Assembly (NCBI GenBank): GCA_001599295.1
Contig: BCGN01000002.1
Location: 1,302,001-1,366,000, forward strand
Source: Sporopachydermia quercuum
Lineage: Eukaryota
DNA: 64,000 bases
Direction of reading: 5' to 3'
The notes below the pieces were generated by a model that was given only the letters and a program-made list of their open reading frames with translations, ran no database searches and was not told the DNA's origin. A program made the position numbers and the translations under genes. This document shows, piece after piece, positions 21,297 through 35,435 of this stretch. Position 1 is the first letter of the stretch, and the number at the start of each line of letters is the position of its first letter.

Positions 21297-23060
21297 CTAT
21301 CTAACAACATAATTGCCAACTTGACAAACGTATTTAACTCCTTTGTATGGTTTCACACCTTCACTCATTCCACGAGAATTGACGAGCTTTAAACTATCAA
21401 CTCTTATACCACTGAAAAGAGTACCACGACAGCTATAGCTTATATTAACAAAAGTGGGAAACAATGGCTTCTTCTTTGGAGTATCGATATTTTCTTTTCC
21501 TTTCTGTTTGCTAGATCCTGTAGGAGTATCATTGTCATTTTTATTATGTTTATTACTGGTATTGCCGTTATCATTCATATTGTTCTCGTCTTCATTTTCA
21601 CCAGTATCGTCGTCAGAATCTGTTTCAATAGCGCCTCTGAAAACAGCGCTCCAGCCTAAACTAGTTTTCCCATCAAAGATCCATTCGCAAATGCCATTTC
21701 CAATATACCTATTATCGCCACCTGTTAATCTCAATGCTTTCACTCCTGTGCATTTATTGACGTCGCTCTGAATTTCAAGCCTAAGATTCTCTATCTCTTT
21801 AGTGACTCTTGACATTGATGTGGAAACATGAACTTCAAACTCGTCTTTGTTAATGCCTAAACCAGTCTTTAAGTCTGCGTTCACCAAACCTGGGATTTGA
21901 GATGAACCAGGTGTAGATTCTATAGAGTATGACGCTAGAAGTGATCTACCATCAGGGGGAACAAATGATAACGTTCCAGGGGATGCAGTCCAGCGAGTAG
22001 TATTCACGCACTGATGGAAAGAAGGGTGTTGGAATAAAATTGATCTAGGATCGTTGCTTGATGGATTGATTAATTTTGAATCAGGAATCGCCAAATTCAG
22101 TAGTACCTCTGGAGTACCTGACAAATGACTAGTGAAATAAATGCTGCCTTCAATTCTGTTGGAAACGGTTCTAACACCAGCAACAGTAGTAGAATAAAAA
22201 GCTGAAGAAGCTGATTTTGCTCTTCTATTTGATTTCTTGCTGGAGTTTACTGTAAGATATAGTGTTTCTACCATATCAACAAATAGCTCATTGTTAGTAT
22301 GGCGGACGTTTGATCTTCTCCAAGGGTAAGAAGAAGGTTCTAAGAAATTCTTCAGCTTTCCTGAGTTTGCTTTTGATGATTGGTTACCAAAGCCTGTTTC
22401 CAGCCCATTTGAAGTAACAGATTTAGTAGAGGATAATGCACTAGCTACCGCTGCCCCATGAGAGGTTGATGATAGGATCTTGGTGATTATATTACCTTTG
22501 GAAACAACATCACGTAAAGGATTTGGGTCCGTTATATATGGATAGCCACCGTCAATCATTTCTAGTAGTACAAGATTGATTATATCATAGTTGTGGTCAA
22601 TTTTTGACACCGTAATAGGAGGTAGGAAATAGTCCTCCAACACGTCTATGAAGCAATTGATGAAATCCAATGGTAAAGTAGATTGAACTGCTGAATTTGT
22701 TTTCAGGTAGAATTGCAGTTGATTGTTATAACTATACTGAAATATCAAATAACCAGAGCTGGTGCATATAACAGGGATAGATGCATTGATACTTTCAATA
22801 ATCTTCTCATGATCTGATGTACCATACATCAATGGCTCTTGTTGAATCAACTTATCATCTTCGTTATTTTCGTCAACCAAACTTGTGTATCCATGCGATA
22901 TATGGTTCAACAGGTTTATTTCTTTCTCTTGAGCGTTTCTCGCTTCTGCCAGTACAGTTTGAAATGAAATATGGTCTGAAGAAGGTCCCGTTGGATAAGA
23001 GAATACTAGAGCTGTTGTCTTAGCATCTGCTATGTACAAAGCATCAATTCTGCCATCCAT
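21297..23060 (-). CDS. APM3: AP-3 adaptor complex mu subunit
   Basis: LLEMIDGGYPYITDPNPL, PWRRSNVRHTNNELFVD, PSFHQCV, SFVPPDG and the C-terminal SGIRVDSL..KPYKGVKY. Confidence 0.9.
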   Translation of the reverse strand: MDGRIDALYIADAKTTALVFSYPTGPSSDHISFQTVLAEARNAQEKEINLLNHISHGYTSLVDENNEDDKLIQQEPLMYGTSDHEKIIESINASIPVICTSSGYLIFQYSYNNQLQFYLKTNSAVQSTLPLDFINCFIDVLEDYFLPPITVSKIDHNYDIINLVLLEMIDGGYPYITDPNPLRDVVSKGNIITKILSSTSHGAAVASALSSTKSVTSNGLETGFGNQSSKANSGKLKNFLEPSSYPWRRSNVRHTNNELFVDMVETLYLTVNSSKKSNRRAKSASSAFYSTTVAGVRTVSNRIEGSIYFTSHLSGTPEVLLNLAIPDSKLINPSSNDPRSILFQHPSFHQCVNTTRWTASPGTLSFVPPDGRSLLASYSIESTPGSSQIPGLVNADLKTGLGINKDEFEVHVSTSMSRVTKEIENLRLEIQSDVNKCTGVKALRLTGGDNRYIGNGICEWIFDGKTSLGWSAVFRGAIETDSDDDTGENEDENNMNDNGNTSNKHNKNDNDTPTGSSKQKGKENIDTPKKKPLFPTFVNISYSCRGTLFSGIRVDSLKLVNSRGMSEGVKPYKGVKYVCQVGNYVVR

Positions 23061-23548
23061 TATGCAACCTCAATGTACGAGAGACTCCGACTGGGTCAAA
23101 TTGCCGACTTTGAGTTGTTTCTTCTAAATAGGTATTTCGGAGAGGAATTTGAGATTTGGATTAATAGCGTATGCTTGTTCATGCAACTCAGTTATTTGAT
23201 AGTTATTTTGTGAAAGACAATTTGGAATTGGCAGTTGATGGAATATGTAAGTGTCCCAAGCTGGGTGGTAGAGACAATAACAGATCTGATTCTGCAAACT
23301 GAAGGTTTCCGTTATATTCAGTAATTAAACGATTCCAGGTGAATAGAAGAAAACCTGTTGGGATGTCTGAAGGGAAAAATATGAAGAGAGTTGATTTAAT
23401 ATTGGATAAAATAAATAGTTATTAGTAGCTTGAGAAAGTAAACGAATGTACAAAATAGCTCAAGAAGAGTTTTACAGAAAGGAGATGTATCAAATTGTAT
23501 TGTATTGTACCGTATAGTGAAACCAACCCATGCAGACGCAAGGAGTAC

Positions 23549-24015
23549 TCAAAACTCATCCTCCTCTTCGCCAAAATACCATATAAACGTAAGAATACTA
23601 ACATAAATAAGAAACCCTCCAGTGACGCACATAAATGTTTCTAATGCAGCAAGAAGACCAACATGGAACATCATCATTGGAAATAGTATACCTGTAATAA
23701 CTAAGAATCCGGTCAGCCATTTACTAAAACCTCCATTGTTCGAGCTGACATCAAAATCATCGAACGATGAGTGAGCAGCAGCAATTGCATTTGGTAAAGG
23801 CGCTATAAGAAATATGAATACTATAAGGTAAATTTGTTAGAATTCAGGTGGTGAAGAAGATAAAATCTCAGCTTCAAATAGAAGTACGTACCATCAATAA
23901 GTGGTAGATAGTTTGAGGGATTGGGCAGAGCGCAGGATAGGATTATCAGAACAAACCCTGCTGCTAGCACAGTTGATAGTGAGACAATCTTGGACAATGG
24001 TTTTATCTCCGACAT
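23549..24015 (-). CDS. VPS55: Vacuolar protein sorting 55 (OB-RGRP family), two exons
   Basis: MSEIKPLSKIVSLSTVLAAGFVLIILSCAL, intron 23821-23891, then APLPNAI..WLTGFLVITGILFP. Confidence 0.9.
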
Positions 24016-24529
24016 TTTTGATTGACCGTTATAAAGTATTTGTTTGGCATTGCTTGTAAAATAAATAATATGGTACATATTCTCCATATATTATCTTTGT
24101 ATTCCAGAAGATACAGATAATAGAAATGCGTATGGAAATTTATAATGGGATTTTTGCTGCCAGAAAAAACATATCGGAAAAGATATGAATCTGTGATTAT
24201 GTCAGCGAATAATGGTTTAGACGTCAGATATGAGAAGGAATTTCGTATCAAAAATCAACAAAACGATGAGTATGGCAGAAAGTGAAAAGCGTAATAAAAG
24301 CTACAAAAGGAGTAGGACGTCAATAATTAGATAAATTTAAAGATGTCTTATTGTAAGCACTATATACAGAGAAAAAAGACACTTGCCATGAGTGCTGGAT
24401 ATGTAAAGTCCAGCTGAAAGAATACAAGATCACTGCGTTTGAACTAGAACAGGGATGAAAGTCATTAGTAATTAAAAAAGAAAGAGAATAATAAAAGATT
24501 GAAAGGAATTAACATCTACCAGAAAACGT

Positions 24530-26880
24530 TTATTTTTCTTCGGTGGTGTTGTTACTATCCTTGTTAGCTTCAGCATCTCTCTTCTTGTAAACCTCTTCAA
24601 AAACCTTGAGGGAAGATTCTTGGATTTCAGTAGACTTGGACTTGATTTCTTCAGGGTCAACTTCTTCACCAGCTTGAGCTCTAGCAATGATTTCTCTTAA
24701 CTTGGCAATGTCATCCTTTAACTTATCAGCAGAGGTCTTGTCGACTTGAGCTTCAAATTCTTTCAAGGAGTTTTCAGTGTCGTTACAAATGGAGTCAGCT
24801 CTGTTGGCGCTTTCGATAGCTTCCTTTCTAGCCTTATCTTGTTCCTTGTATTTTTCAGCGTCGTTGACCATCTTTTCGATTTCACTGTCAGACAAACCAG
24901 AAGAGCCTGCAACAGTGATGGAAGCATCCTTATTGGTGGTCTTATCTCTGGCAGAAACATTGATAATTCCGTCAGCGTCAATGTCGAAGGTAACTTCGAT
25001 TTGAGGAACACCCTTAGGAGCAGGAGGAAGACCAGAAAGTGTGAAGTTACCGATCAATTTGTTGTCTCTAACCAATTCTCTTTCACCTTGGAAGACTCTG
25101 ATTTCAACAGATGTTTGACCAGAAGCAGCAGTAGAGAAGATTTGAGATTTCTTTGTAGGGATGGTAGTGTTTCTATTGATCAATCTAGTGAACACACCAC
25201 CTAAGGTTTCAATACCTAAAGAAAGAGGAGTGACATCAAGTAATAAGACATCCATGACTTCACCGGCCAAAACGGCACCTTGAATGGCAGCACCGATAGC
25301 AACGGCTTCATCGGGATTGACAGCCTTCGAAGGTTCTCTACCGAACAAAGACTTGACGGTTTCAATAACCTTTGGCATACGAGACATACCTCCAACTAAG
25401 ATGACCTCGCTGATGTCAGAAGTGGACAAAGAAGCGTCCTTCAAGGCCTTCTTGACAGGGTCAACAGTTCTCTTGATCAAGCTCTCGGTTAAAGATTCAA
25501 ACTGAGCTCTAGAGATCTTGGTGTTGATGTGCTTAGGTCCAGAAGCATCAGCAGTGATGAAAGGTAAGTTGATTTCAGTGTTAACAGTAGATGAAAGTTC
25601 AATCTTGGCCTTTTCAGAAGCTTCTCTGATTCTTTGAATGGCCATACGGTCATTTTGTAAATCAATTCCAGTCTCCTTTTTGAATTCTTCAACCAAGTGT
25701 CTGACTAAAACGATATCGAAATCTTCACCACCCAAGTGGGTATCACCATTGGTAGCCTTGACTTCGAAAACACCGTTATCGATATCAAGAATGGAGATAT
25801 CAAAAGTACCACCACCAAGATCGAAAACAGCAACAACTTTTCCATCGTTCTTATCTAAACCATAAGCCAAAGCAGCGGCAGTAGGTTCGTTGACAACTCT
25901 GAGAACGTTCAAACCAACGATTTGACCAGCGTCCTTGGTAGCTTGACGTTGAGAATCGTTGAAGTAGGCAGGAACGGTAACAACAGCGTTCTTGACGGTC
26001 TTACCGAGGTAAGCTTCAGCAGTTTCCTTCATCTTGTTCAAGACAAAACCACCGATTTGAGCAGGTGAGTAAGTTTGTCCTCTTGCTTCTAACCAAGCAT
26101 CACCATTAGAGTGCTTGACGATCTTGTAAGGAACCTGCTTGATATCTCTTTGCACTTCAGCATCTTCCCATCTTCTACCAATAAGACGCTTGGTGGCGAA
26201 CAAGGTATTTTCAGGGTTGATGACGGCTTGTCTCTTAGCAGGAATACCAACTAATCTTTCACCTTCCTTTGTGAAAGCAACGACAGATGGAGTAGTTCTA
26301 GCACCTTCAGCGTTTTCAATGATCTTGGGAACCTTTCCTTCCATAATTGCAACAGCGGAGTTGGTGGTACCCAAGTCGATACCGATCACAGCACCTTGGA
26401 CCTTAGCATCAGCGTAAAATCTTGGTGCAAATACAGGAGTAATAGGCTTCCTTAAAATTGGCTATAATTTTGTTAGTTCAAAGTCCAAAATACATTAAGA
26501 TAGCAAATTAGTTCTGTGGGGGTTTCATTGATAGTGGTCATATGAATATATGGATTTTTCAGTAAATGACGCCTCACTTTCCTCTAAAATTGATTGAAGA
26601 TTATAAATCATTTGGTTCCTCCTTCTCAATACTGTTTCTGGTTCATACATTCCTTTTGCCCTGACCTTACGAGTTTTCTCTTCCCATCAATCCAATTAAT
26701 ACTAATCTGTCAAACATTTCAGTCTTCCACTGGAATACCTCGATCAATATAACCATAATATTCGTTTAGGCATATGACAATTCAATGATACCTCTCACTT
26801 CCTACTATCAATCTACTATTAAGAAAAGAAAAAATCCTTACACTTCTGAAGGCCGATCTGGCGAATCTTTGAGCTAGCAT
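24530..26880 (-). CDS. SSC1: Mitochondrial matrix Hsp70, two exons
   Basis: Presequence exon 26842-26880 ([13 protein letters not shown]), 380-nt intron 26462-26841, [10 protein letters not shown] and mtHsp70-type [12 protein letters not shown]; strong codon bias. Confidence 0.96.
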
Positions 26881-28587
26881 TGTGAGTAATGACTTGTGAG
26901 AAAAAACGATTTGAATTGAATGGTTAGCCCAACAAATCAGTATATGTACAAGAAGTGATTCTGGTTGAAGAAAGAAAAAAAGAGTTCTAAGTGATGTATA
27001 TTTCAATATCCTCAATAAGGTGAAAGAGGAAACAAAGAGAAAAGAAGGAAAGTATATATTTAAATGCTGAAGAAGGACAGAAGGCAAAATGGAAAAAATG
27101 GAAGTACGAAAGTGAAATTTGCGTCTGTGGAAAAGTTTGAAAATTTTCCAAATTAAGATTCACTGTCAATTCTGTAATGAGTGATGATGATGAGCAGTTT
27201 TTGGCGATGATGTAAGAACGGTACTAGTGCAATTAATTGAAATGTTTTTTTCTTGGGGAATTGATATAGTATACATTTGCGGTTTATTGTTGACTATTTT
27301 CCTTGATATTTCAATAAAATTGAATGTTTTATATGAGTTTGAGATATCCAGATTGTGGTTAGAAGTATAGAGGGTTGTGGTTGATGTACAATTTATTTCG
27401 GTATACTTCTTCAGTACACGAGTTCCTGAGGGTCTTATGCGAGTTAACAAAACAAAATCAAAAGATGGTTAAAGAATATGCTAGAAGGATAGTTTGGAAA
27501 AAGCCGTTAAAGGGTCTGATGTAGTCTGTGAGAAGATGCGAGGAAGTGAAATTAGCAGATGGGAGTGAGTTCCGATCATGACTGGATTCAGCAAAAATTG
27601 CAATTGATGATTAATTATATTTGTTTGAACGCTATTCATCATTTTTTATTTTAAGTTCCGGGGTTTTTTTAAGCACTTTCAGTTCTTGAAGTTATCACAT
27701 ACTAGCTCTCCACATTTCTGGAAGTAACCAAGCCAAAAAATTCGCGAGGGTCTGATATGGAACTGCCGTTTCTCATCCGTTAACTACTAAGCACTCGAGC
27801 TGAACCAAAATCACACATTTCGTGAAATAAAACATCCAGAAGTGCAAAATATTTCAAAGAAACCAATTTATTTCAATTTTTAAAGAATAGGGCACCAAAT
27901 GTGTTTCTCACTACTTCTTACTTCTCTTCTTCATAAAAAGGTCAGTCCAATAGTTACAGCATAATTAATTTTTGTATTGAAGTTTTGATACTGGTTAGTG
28001 CCAAGTTAGTCTCACTAAGACGATCTTAAGCTATCAGACTCTTTGAAATGACTATGAATAATTAACACCCTGTACCCTGAATATGGCTCACCAGGGTCTC
28101 GGCTCGGTGGGCCAATTGCTCGGGTAGGAACTGGAGTAAATATCTCAGTAATATATGAAGAAAAACTCACTGATCTGAATGAAAGCAACCCTTGTTCCTT
28201 TAAATGACTGAGATTAGTAGGAAGTACTTGGTGTGTTTATCAAATACGAAGAATCAACACAGGATTCACTATTTTCTATTGACAATCACTTCTTAGCTTG
28301 TTGGTCGTCATGTAATTTTGATTACTGCTTGGTTTCCAATAAAACTTCAATCCTACATCCTATACTTGAATTCCTTCTAAATTACCTATAACTAGCTCAT
28401 CATCGCTCCTCTGTATATTATAAGTATATTTTATTCATTTGTATTCGCTTTCCTTTCCATCTTCAAATGCCGATCGCCGATCTTTTTCTTTTCCATTATC
28501 ATCTCCGAACCGGAATTCTGTCATGCATTAAATATGCAAAATTTTGTACCTGCGTCAAAATTGTAACTTTATAAATTTCCATCCTGA

Positions 28588-28599
28588 ACGCGACGCGCA
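28588..28599 (+). promoter_or_regulatory. MCB-like element (ACGCGACGCG) upstream of CDT1
   Basis: Tandem CGCG cores about 220 bp upstream of the ATG of a replication-licensing gene. Confidence 0.55.
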
Positions 28600-28809
28600 T
28601 TATTGATTCTGCAATGAACAAATGTTTCTTGTCATATGTTTATCATCTTCTGGTATTCTCTGCCTTTAATTATATTTTCACTAGTATAACATTGAACTCC
28701 TTGTTTTTTGATAGGAATCAACCAGTTTACCTGATTTTTCAACAAACAATACAATTAATAAGCCAAATATTCCATCGTATTTCTTTCGTTATATCACCAG
28801 GTATTAATA

Positions 28810-29915
28810 ATGTCTAGCGAAGAACTGATTACGCAGGTTGAATTCCTTATTGAATGTTTTCAAAAGATTGATCATCTACTTTCATTGCATTTTTTTCGTT
28901 CTACGTCACCTTATCCTTTCTCAAAGCTCCGTGAAAACGTGAATAAATCGTTATTCAGTGGGATATTCACTCAACACCATTTCTCAATCATACTTGCCAT
29001 ATACCCAGCATGCTACACTGTTCAAGATGCTTACTGCTTGACAAACAACCAAGATACGTATCAATTACATGAAGACAAATATTCATTTTCAGTTTTACCA
29101 CCAAAAAATGTTGCCCCATGGGAAATGACAAAGTTAGGTAATGAAAGACGAATACAATTCACATCTAAAGCAGTCAAGATAATGAAANNTGGTGGTCCTT
29201 TACCGGTATTTGATTTCAGCTGTTTGCTACCTAGAATCTCTATGACGAAAAGGAAATCAGATCGTGATATTTCAGAATCGATGGTGAAAGTTAAGAAAAC
29301 TTTTGTTATTCAAGACGAGAGCGTATTATTAGAAAAAGTATGTTCAAGTGCTTCTATCCCTAAATAAAGTAATAGCAATTGTAGGTACCTACAGCCGCTA
29401 TTAACAATCAAATACGATTAGATACTAACAGGAATCAGATACGAGCAAAAGAACAGTTGAAAAATCAGTCACCGCTATCAAAAGAAGATAAATATAAAAG
29501 TTTCATCAAAGCTAAAGCACCACAAGTTTTAACTATCTTGTCTTTGTAAGTATCAATCACTGGAATGGAGTTCTAATACTTCCCCTTGAATTACTAACAA
29601 ACAANCATTCATATTTATAGACTTGAACCATCTCAGTCAAAGGCAAAAGCGTACTCATATCAAGAATTAACGAAGAGAGTTTCTGATTCATTGGCACTGG
29701 CCAAACAACGAAACGAGACGCATTTAAGTAAAGATGAGATACACGATATATTTGAAGTACTAGAACAAACAGTTCCTGAGTTTTTGCAGGTGATTCAAAT
29801 GACTGGCGATAGTAAAGATATAACAGAGAATAAGGAAAGATGTTGTGCTATCAAGCTGGACTTTCCGCGAGGTATTCAGGCATTGGAGTTGTTTCGGAAA
29901 AGAGTGAAAGGTTAA
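28810..29915 (+). CDS. CDT1: Replication licensing factor Cdt1/Tah11, three exons
   Basis: Exons 28810-29337, 29439-29545 and 29621-29915 join in frame, giving SVLLEK|IRAKE and a winged-helix-like C terminus (LEQTVPEF). Divergent from SSC1, like TAH11. Confidence 0.75.
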
Positions 29916-29973
29916 CTGTATAATAGTAGGTTTGAATGATATAATGATACAAGGATCACGGATAGTGGTAGCG

Positions 29974-30009
<36 letters not shown>
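29974..30009. repeat. (GTA)n microsatellite, about 12 units
   Basis: Read directly; lies between the convergent CDT1 and SPF1 3' ends. Confidence 0.95.
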
Positions 30010-30057
30010 TAATCAATCTCTAACATTTAATTACATACATCTATCGTATATACAACT

Positions 30058-33000
30058 TCATTGATCCTTTTTACTTTCTTTCTCACTCTCATTCGCAACG
30101 CTTTGAACAGTTCTAACAGCAATATCTGATGGTTTGAAATCAGCGAAGAAAAACTTCAATCCAATCTCAATCAAATAACTAATAACAAAATCTAATATCA
30201 TAGTAACTGTGAGCTTGAATTTGAACAAATCTGTCATTGGAACAAATTGCATAGCTTCATTCAACTCAGGAATAAATTCTGTTGATCCTGCTAATGATAA
30301 TGCTGCAACTCCTAATAATCCGTAATACATTCCTTTGTTTTCACTCAATCCTTGTCGGAATGGTCGGCCTTGATAATTGCAGACAAATGTTGAAACATTC
30401 AACGATAATTGCAATAAGAAAATCGCCGTACATAGCAATGACGGTTCAAACTCTCCATCTAAATCAACGGCTTCTTTCCTTGGCTCAATTTTATAAACTT
30501 CATTAGCAACATAAATAAATGAGGCAATATGAACAACGAATTGTCCAATAATTGATCCCATAATGTAAATATTGAAGATACCTGGTTGAGGTCTTTGAGC
30601 TGATAGTTTTTCAATAGATTTTGATCTTGAGATACTCAAGAAACACACAGATAATAAGATTCCTGAAGCTGTTTGTTGGGTGTCACCATATTTAATTCCT
30701 GCAAGGTATAAAACTGATAATGAGTAAGCAGAAATCAGACAATTCAGTGCTAAAATCTTATACATTTGAATCGTTGAAACAAGGGCACATCTACCTTGGC
30801 GAATGATATGAGCAACAGCAGAAACGTTCGCTAGTTTTGAAGTGAAAGGTGCAGCAACTGAAGCATCACCAAGTTTCAATTGGGGAGGTTCTCCATCTTC
30901 ATCCAACATGTCAGTTAACTTATCAGCAAAAGCAGCTGATTTCTGTTCTGCAGTTTCAACATTTGAGGAATTTTCAAGCTCTTTTCTAATCTCTGCAAGA
31001 GTATTTTCATCTAAAACAATACCTTTCTCTTGCATAACCGTCAAATAATGAGGATTATCAACTCCCGGTGGATATAAATGAGCAATAGCTTTTGGCACAG
31101 GAGGAACTTTCCCATTGGGATTCCATTTTTTCATTAATTCTTTCTGCTTCTCATACGTCTTTTGAAGTCGGTCAGATTTGGCATTTTCAATCATCTTTTG
31201 CATACCCTCAGAAGTACCATTAAGTAAAGCAACTCCTACATCAGCTTGTTTAAGAGCTCCAACATCATTGGTACCATCACCACACATTAAAGTCATATAT
31301 CCTAACTCTTTTAATTGGGTCAGAATGAATTCCTTTTGAGAAGGCGAAACTCTGGCGTAGATCCAAGTATGACGAATGAGCTTCTTTAACTGTTTGTGAG
31401 ATTCTAATTTGGCTAGTGCATGTCCGCTCACGCAGATATCGTATTTATCAAATAAAGATTCGTCAATATCATCATTAGCATTAAGAGGAATAATGATTGA
31501 TTCATCAACGGTTCTCCATACTAAATCATGATCAGTTTTCACCAGTAAAGTTTCATCAGGCTGATCAATGATCAGTACTTCTCTTTCGGTAATGGCAACT
31601 TCCTTCGCAACATGACAGGCAGTTAAAGGATTATCACCAGTGATCATCACACATCTATGAGAAGATTCATTAAGCATTTGAATAGTTTCAATTGCATCTT
31701 CTTTTAAAGGACAGTGGAAAACGAGAAATCCTCCAAACTCAAGCTTGGATTCAATTTCCTTCCTATCAAAATTATTCACCTTCTTAGCTGTGATGTTATC
31801 GTTGAGATATTTATATCCTAATGCTAAAACACGAGATCCGCTTCTGGTGAATGATTTGAAGGTTTCATCGTAGTTTTCTGGAACAGACACCAACATTTGT
31901 TTGATAGTTTCTGGTGCACCTTTAACACCAACAATTGTCTTCGCTCCATAGGAAGCAATACTGGAAGATCTCTTCAAAGCAGAGGAAAATTGAAATCTAC
32001 GTAAGATTTTAACATGTTCAGCGTTAGGAATAGAACCAGGTTTTTGATTCGATTGTTTCTTCCTTTTAGAAGCATCTACCTTATAGCAAACATCGTTTTC
32101 ACCGACTGTCCACGAAATGGCATTCAAAGTAGCCTTTTCTAAAGGATCACCGACGATATCACCATCGTCCAGAAGAACTAGAGCATGGGCAGAAGCTAAG
32201 GTCAAAATTGTATGTTTAGGAACGTCATCAACGCCTGAGAGCTGGGTGAGATTTTCATTGAAACCAGCAATACCTTCAAAGACCAAATCTTCACCAGTAA
32301 GAGTACCAGTTTTATCAAAACAGCAAACATCGACTCTTCCAGCATATGGAATTCTAAATGGCTCAGTACAGTATATGTAGAATTTACCTAAAGCGGCCAA
32401 TGAATTGTTAACAGCAATTGTAAGTTCCATAGGCAATTCTGGAGGTACGACCGAAGTAATAATAATGACACAGTCTAAAAGCAATTTGGATCTCTCACGG
32501 TCGATTTTAACACCTTCTTTCCAAACATACCAACTAGCGGCAATAGCGAATTGTAATAAGAAAAGAATGAAAAACATAGCTTCTTTGTTACCAACGCCAA
32601 CTCTTTCGGTTGAAAAAATCATTACTCTAACTAAAGATCCTTGAGACGTTTCAAACCCAGTTTTGGTGACAACAGCTAAAGCGCCATCATCAGGGGGAGC
32701 AGAAATCTTTGGTGCAACAGGTTTTGTTATTTGCAGTACTTTGGTACCACCATGAAGTATGGAATTTTTGTCAAGGCCTTCGGGATCAAAACTGTCTTTC
32801 GGATCTCTTAGAAGGAGAGATTCTTTCAATAAAGGAGTCGATTCACCAGAAAGCATTGCTTCGTTAACAATAGCAGTTCCGTCTAATAGGATCAAATCGC
32901 AAGGCAAAACTGATTCTTCTGTTGAACGTAAGACGGAAACAACATCACCAGGGAGCAGATCATCAGTCTGACGCTCTTGCCATTCACCATTACGATACAC

Positions 33001-33926
33001 ATTTATTGCATAGGGTTTAACGCCCATACCTCGGAACTCCATGAGAGTAGCTCTTCTTTGGAAGACGACAGTTCCTTCAAACATAACAAGCATAAACAGT
33101 GTAAACAAGGAATAATACCAATACTCATCAAGTAGCCATAAGCCGACACAGAAGATTTGGAAGACAAAGAAAGGAGCAACAGCATGTTCTTTGAACAGTT
33201 CAGAAAATGATGGCACTGGGATATCAAATCTGTTTTTACCATACATTCTCATCATTTTCTCGGGATTTCCAGTCAATCCAACAGAATCCTGGAAATCTTT
33301 GATAGTAGGCTTTGAATCAACAAAGAATTCGGGCGGTGAGAAAGAATCAGTAGTTGCATCATATAGAAATCTCCTCTTTTGATAGAGAAAAGAGATTTGA
33401 GCTTCGTCATCTTCGAATTCATCACGGAAAATAGTACAAATATCACCAACTCCACAATTGGGTGCTGGCAGAATTTTGATCATATCAGCCTCATCAACAG
33501 AGTTTACTTTGATACCTTGGAAAGCAGCTTTGATGTTAATATTCCAGAATGGCATCAACCAAAGTAGCAATTGTAAAGAAACAATTGTTCCTAAGTAGAC
33601 AGTGGTCCATTCTCTTCCGTTTATATACTCTTCATAATGATTGACAAAAATGTGAAAGAAAAAACCGTATAAGAAGACGAATGGCCAAACATGAGGTCTT
33701 TGAATAAGAGGTCTAGGCTTTAGAAGCGTTGCTTCTACGATGGTTGGGTTTGGCACGAGCCTTGGAAGCTCAGCAGCAGGTTTGACCGCCCTAGAAAAAG
33801 AAATGTTAGCCGCTCAGCCAATTCAAATGTAGGAGGAAAGCCCCAGCGGTTCCATATAGCAGTATAATCAACAGAGAATAATAGTAATGATAAGCAGGCA
33901 GATCCAAGGGTAAATAACACATACAT
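30058..33926 (-). CDS. SPF1: P5A-type ATPase (ER transmembrane helix dislocase)
   Basis: SGES, PPELPMEL, FDKTGTLT, TGDN and GDGTND motifs. The start codon is split AT|G by intron 33791-33924. Confidence 0.95.
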
Positions 33927-35435
33927 CTTAAAGTAGGTTCCAGGGTTCAATCTCTACTGGTTATTTGAAAACAATAGTCAAAAATTCAATAGGAATATCA
34001 GCTGGTGGAGTTTCAGCTTCTAGGTAAAGTGAAGAGATAAATGGAATGGCTGTTGATGGAGCTTGAAACAATTATTTGAAAGGTGTTCAGAATGACAGAA
34101 AGGCGACCGAACTGATGGAAAATTTGATTGAACGCTGCATGCAGTAACGATGCGGGAATATGCATGAATATGCATGAATATGCAATTAAAGACACAAAGA
34201 ATTTTGGGGGTGTACACGAGACAAAATAATTATTAATAGAGTTAGACTTTAGAGCATGCTATTGCATGATGGTACATTCACAGTGGTGTATGACATCTAG
34301 TTGTAATTAGCAATTTTGGGTTAGAGATAGATTAATGGTGGAATGGACTATTGCTCAGTAAGAATGAAACTTTATTGGATTGTGATAGGGAAGGCAGAAA
34401 ATATTGTGAATGAATGAAAGAATTAATGTGAAAGATTGGTTAGTCTATCGTAATTGACTAGGTAAATGGCTCCATTGAGACTGTCATCTTGAAGTAGTAT
34501 ATTATTTTCGTCGAATCACATACTGAGTGACATGATCTAGTTTAGCATTTAATCCATATGTAAAAAGTTTCAGTTTCTACAGACGCATAGTGATCACGAC
34601 AGAAAGGCTGACCAAAAATTTGAGACTAACACATTTGGGGAACGCATTTGGGGCTTGAGACTCGTTCAATGAAACTGACTAGAACCTTTACATAATTCCT
34701 GAACAGCTAGAGGGGAATTGATACTTTAGTACTAAACCATGTCTTTTGTTGATTCTAATTAACAAATAATGGATTCTAATTGATCATGAATTCATGCAAA
34801 AGTTACTATTTTCACAGCATTCCTGATGACTAACCTAAACTACCACTACCACAGCACACATACAAAAAAATGTGATTCTTTTCTTTGCTTTTCTTTTTCT
34901 CATTACTCTACGGCGTAACTACCATCATTATGTATCAGGTTCAACCAGTTCCCACCTTCTCTCTTTCGACAACAGTCTTTTGCAGGCACTTTCTCAAGCC
35001 ACGCTAAGAACATCCTACTGAAATAAACCTTATTTTGTTAGTTCCAAAATATGCAGGTACAGAATTTAAAGTTGTTCTGTTACTGATTCTTAAATAACCT
35101 TTTTCGCTGAAATTGTTATGAAACTGATTCGAAATCAACATTCAATATGATTGTCTTCCTACAAGAAGGATTTACAATTACGATAATTTAAACATAGAAG
35201 ACATATATTAATTGCAACAGTAACGATTAAAATGACACCCAAATGAAAACAAAGAAATGAAGACAAAATAAAAAAGAGAAGAAATCAAGTATTAGATATT
35301 AATCAGTAAATCGATCAGTTACTCCCCGAGAACGCCTACCCAAGCAACATATTTATCCCATTTATTATACAACCAAAACCTAAGATTTACCATTTAAACC
35401 TTTATAACCAGCCAGTTTTCTCGAAAATTCTGGCA

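Noticed and set aside
26462..26841. snoRNA in the long SSC1 intron
   Set aside because: Only a degenerate box C, and no rRNA guide that I could recognise.
29760..30026. Poly-Thr ORF
   Set aside because: Translation of the (GTA)n microsatellite, antisense to CDT1.
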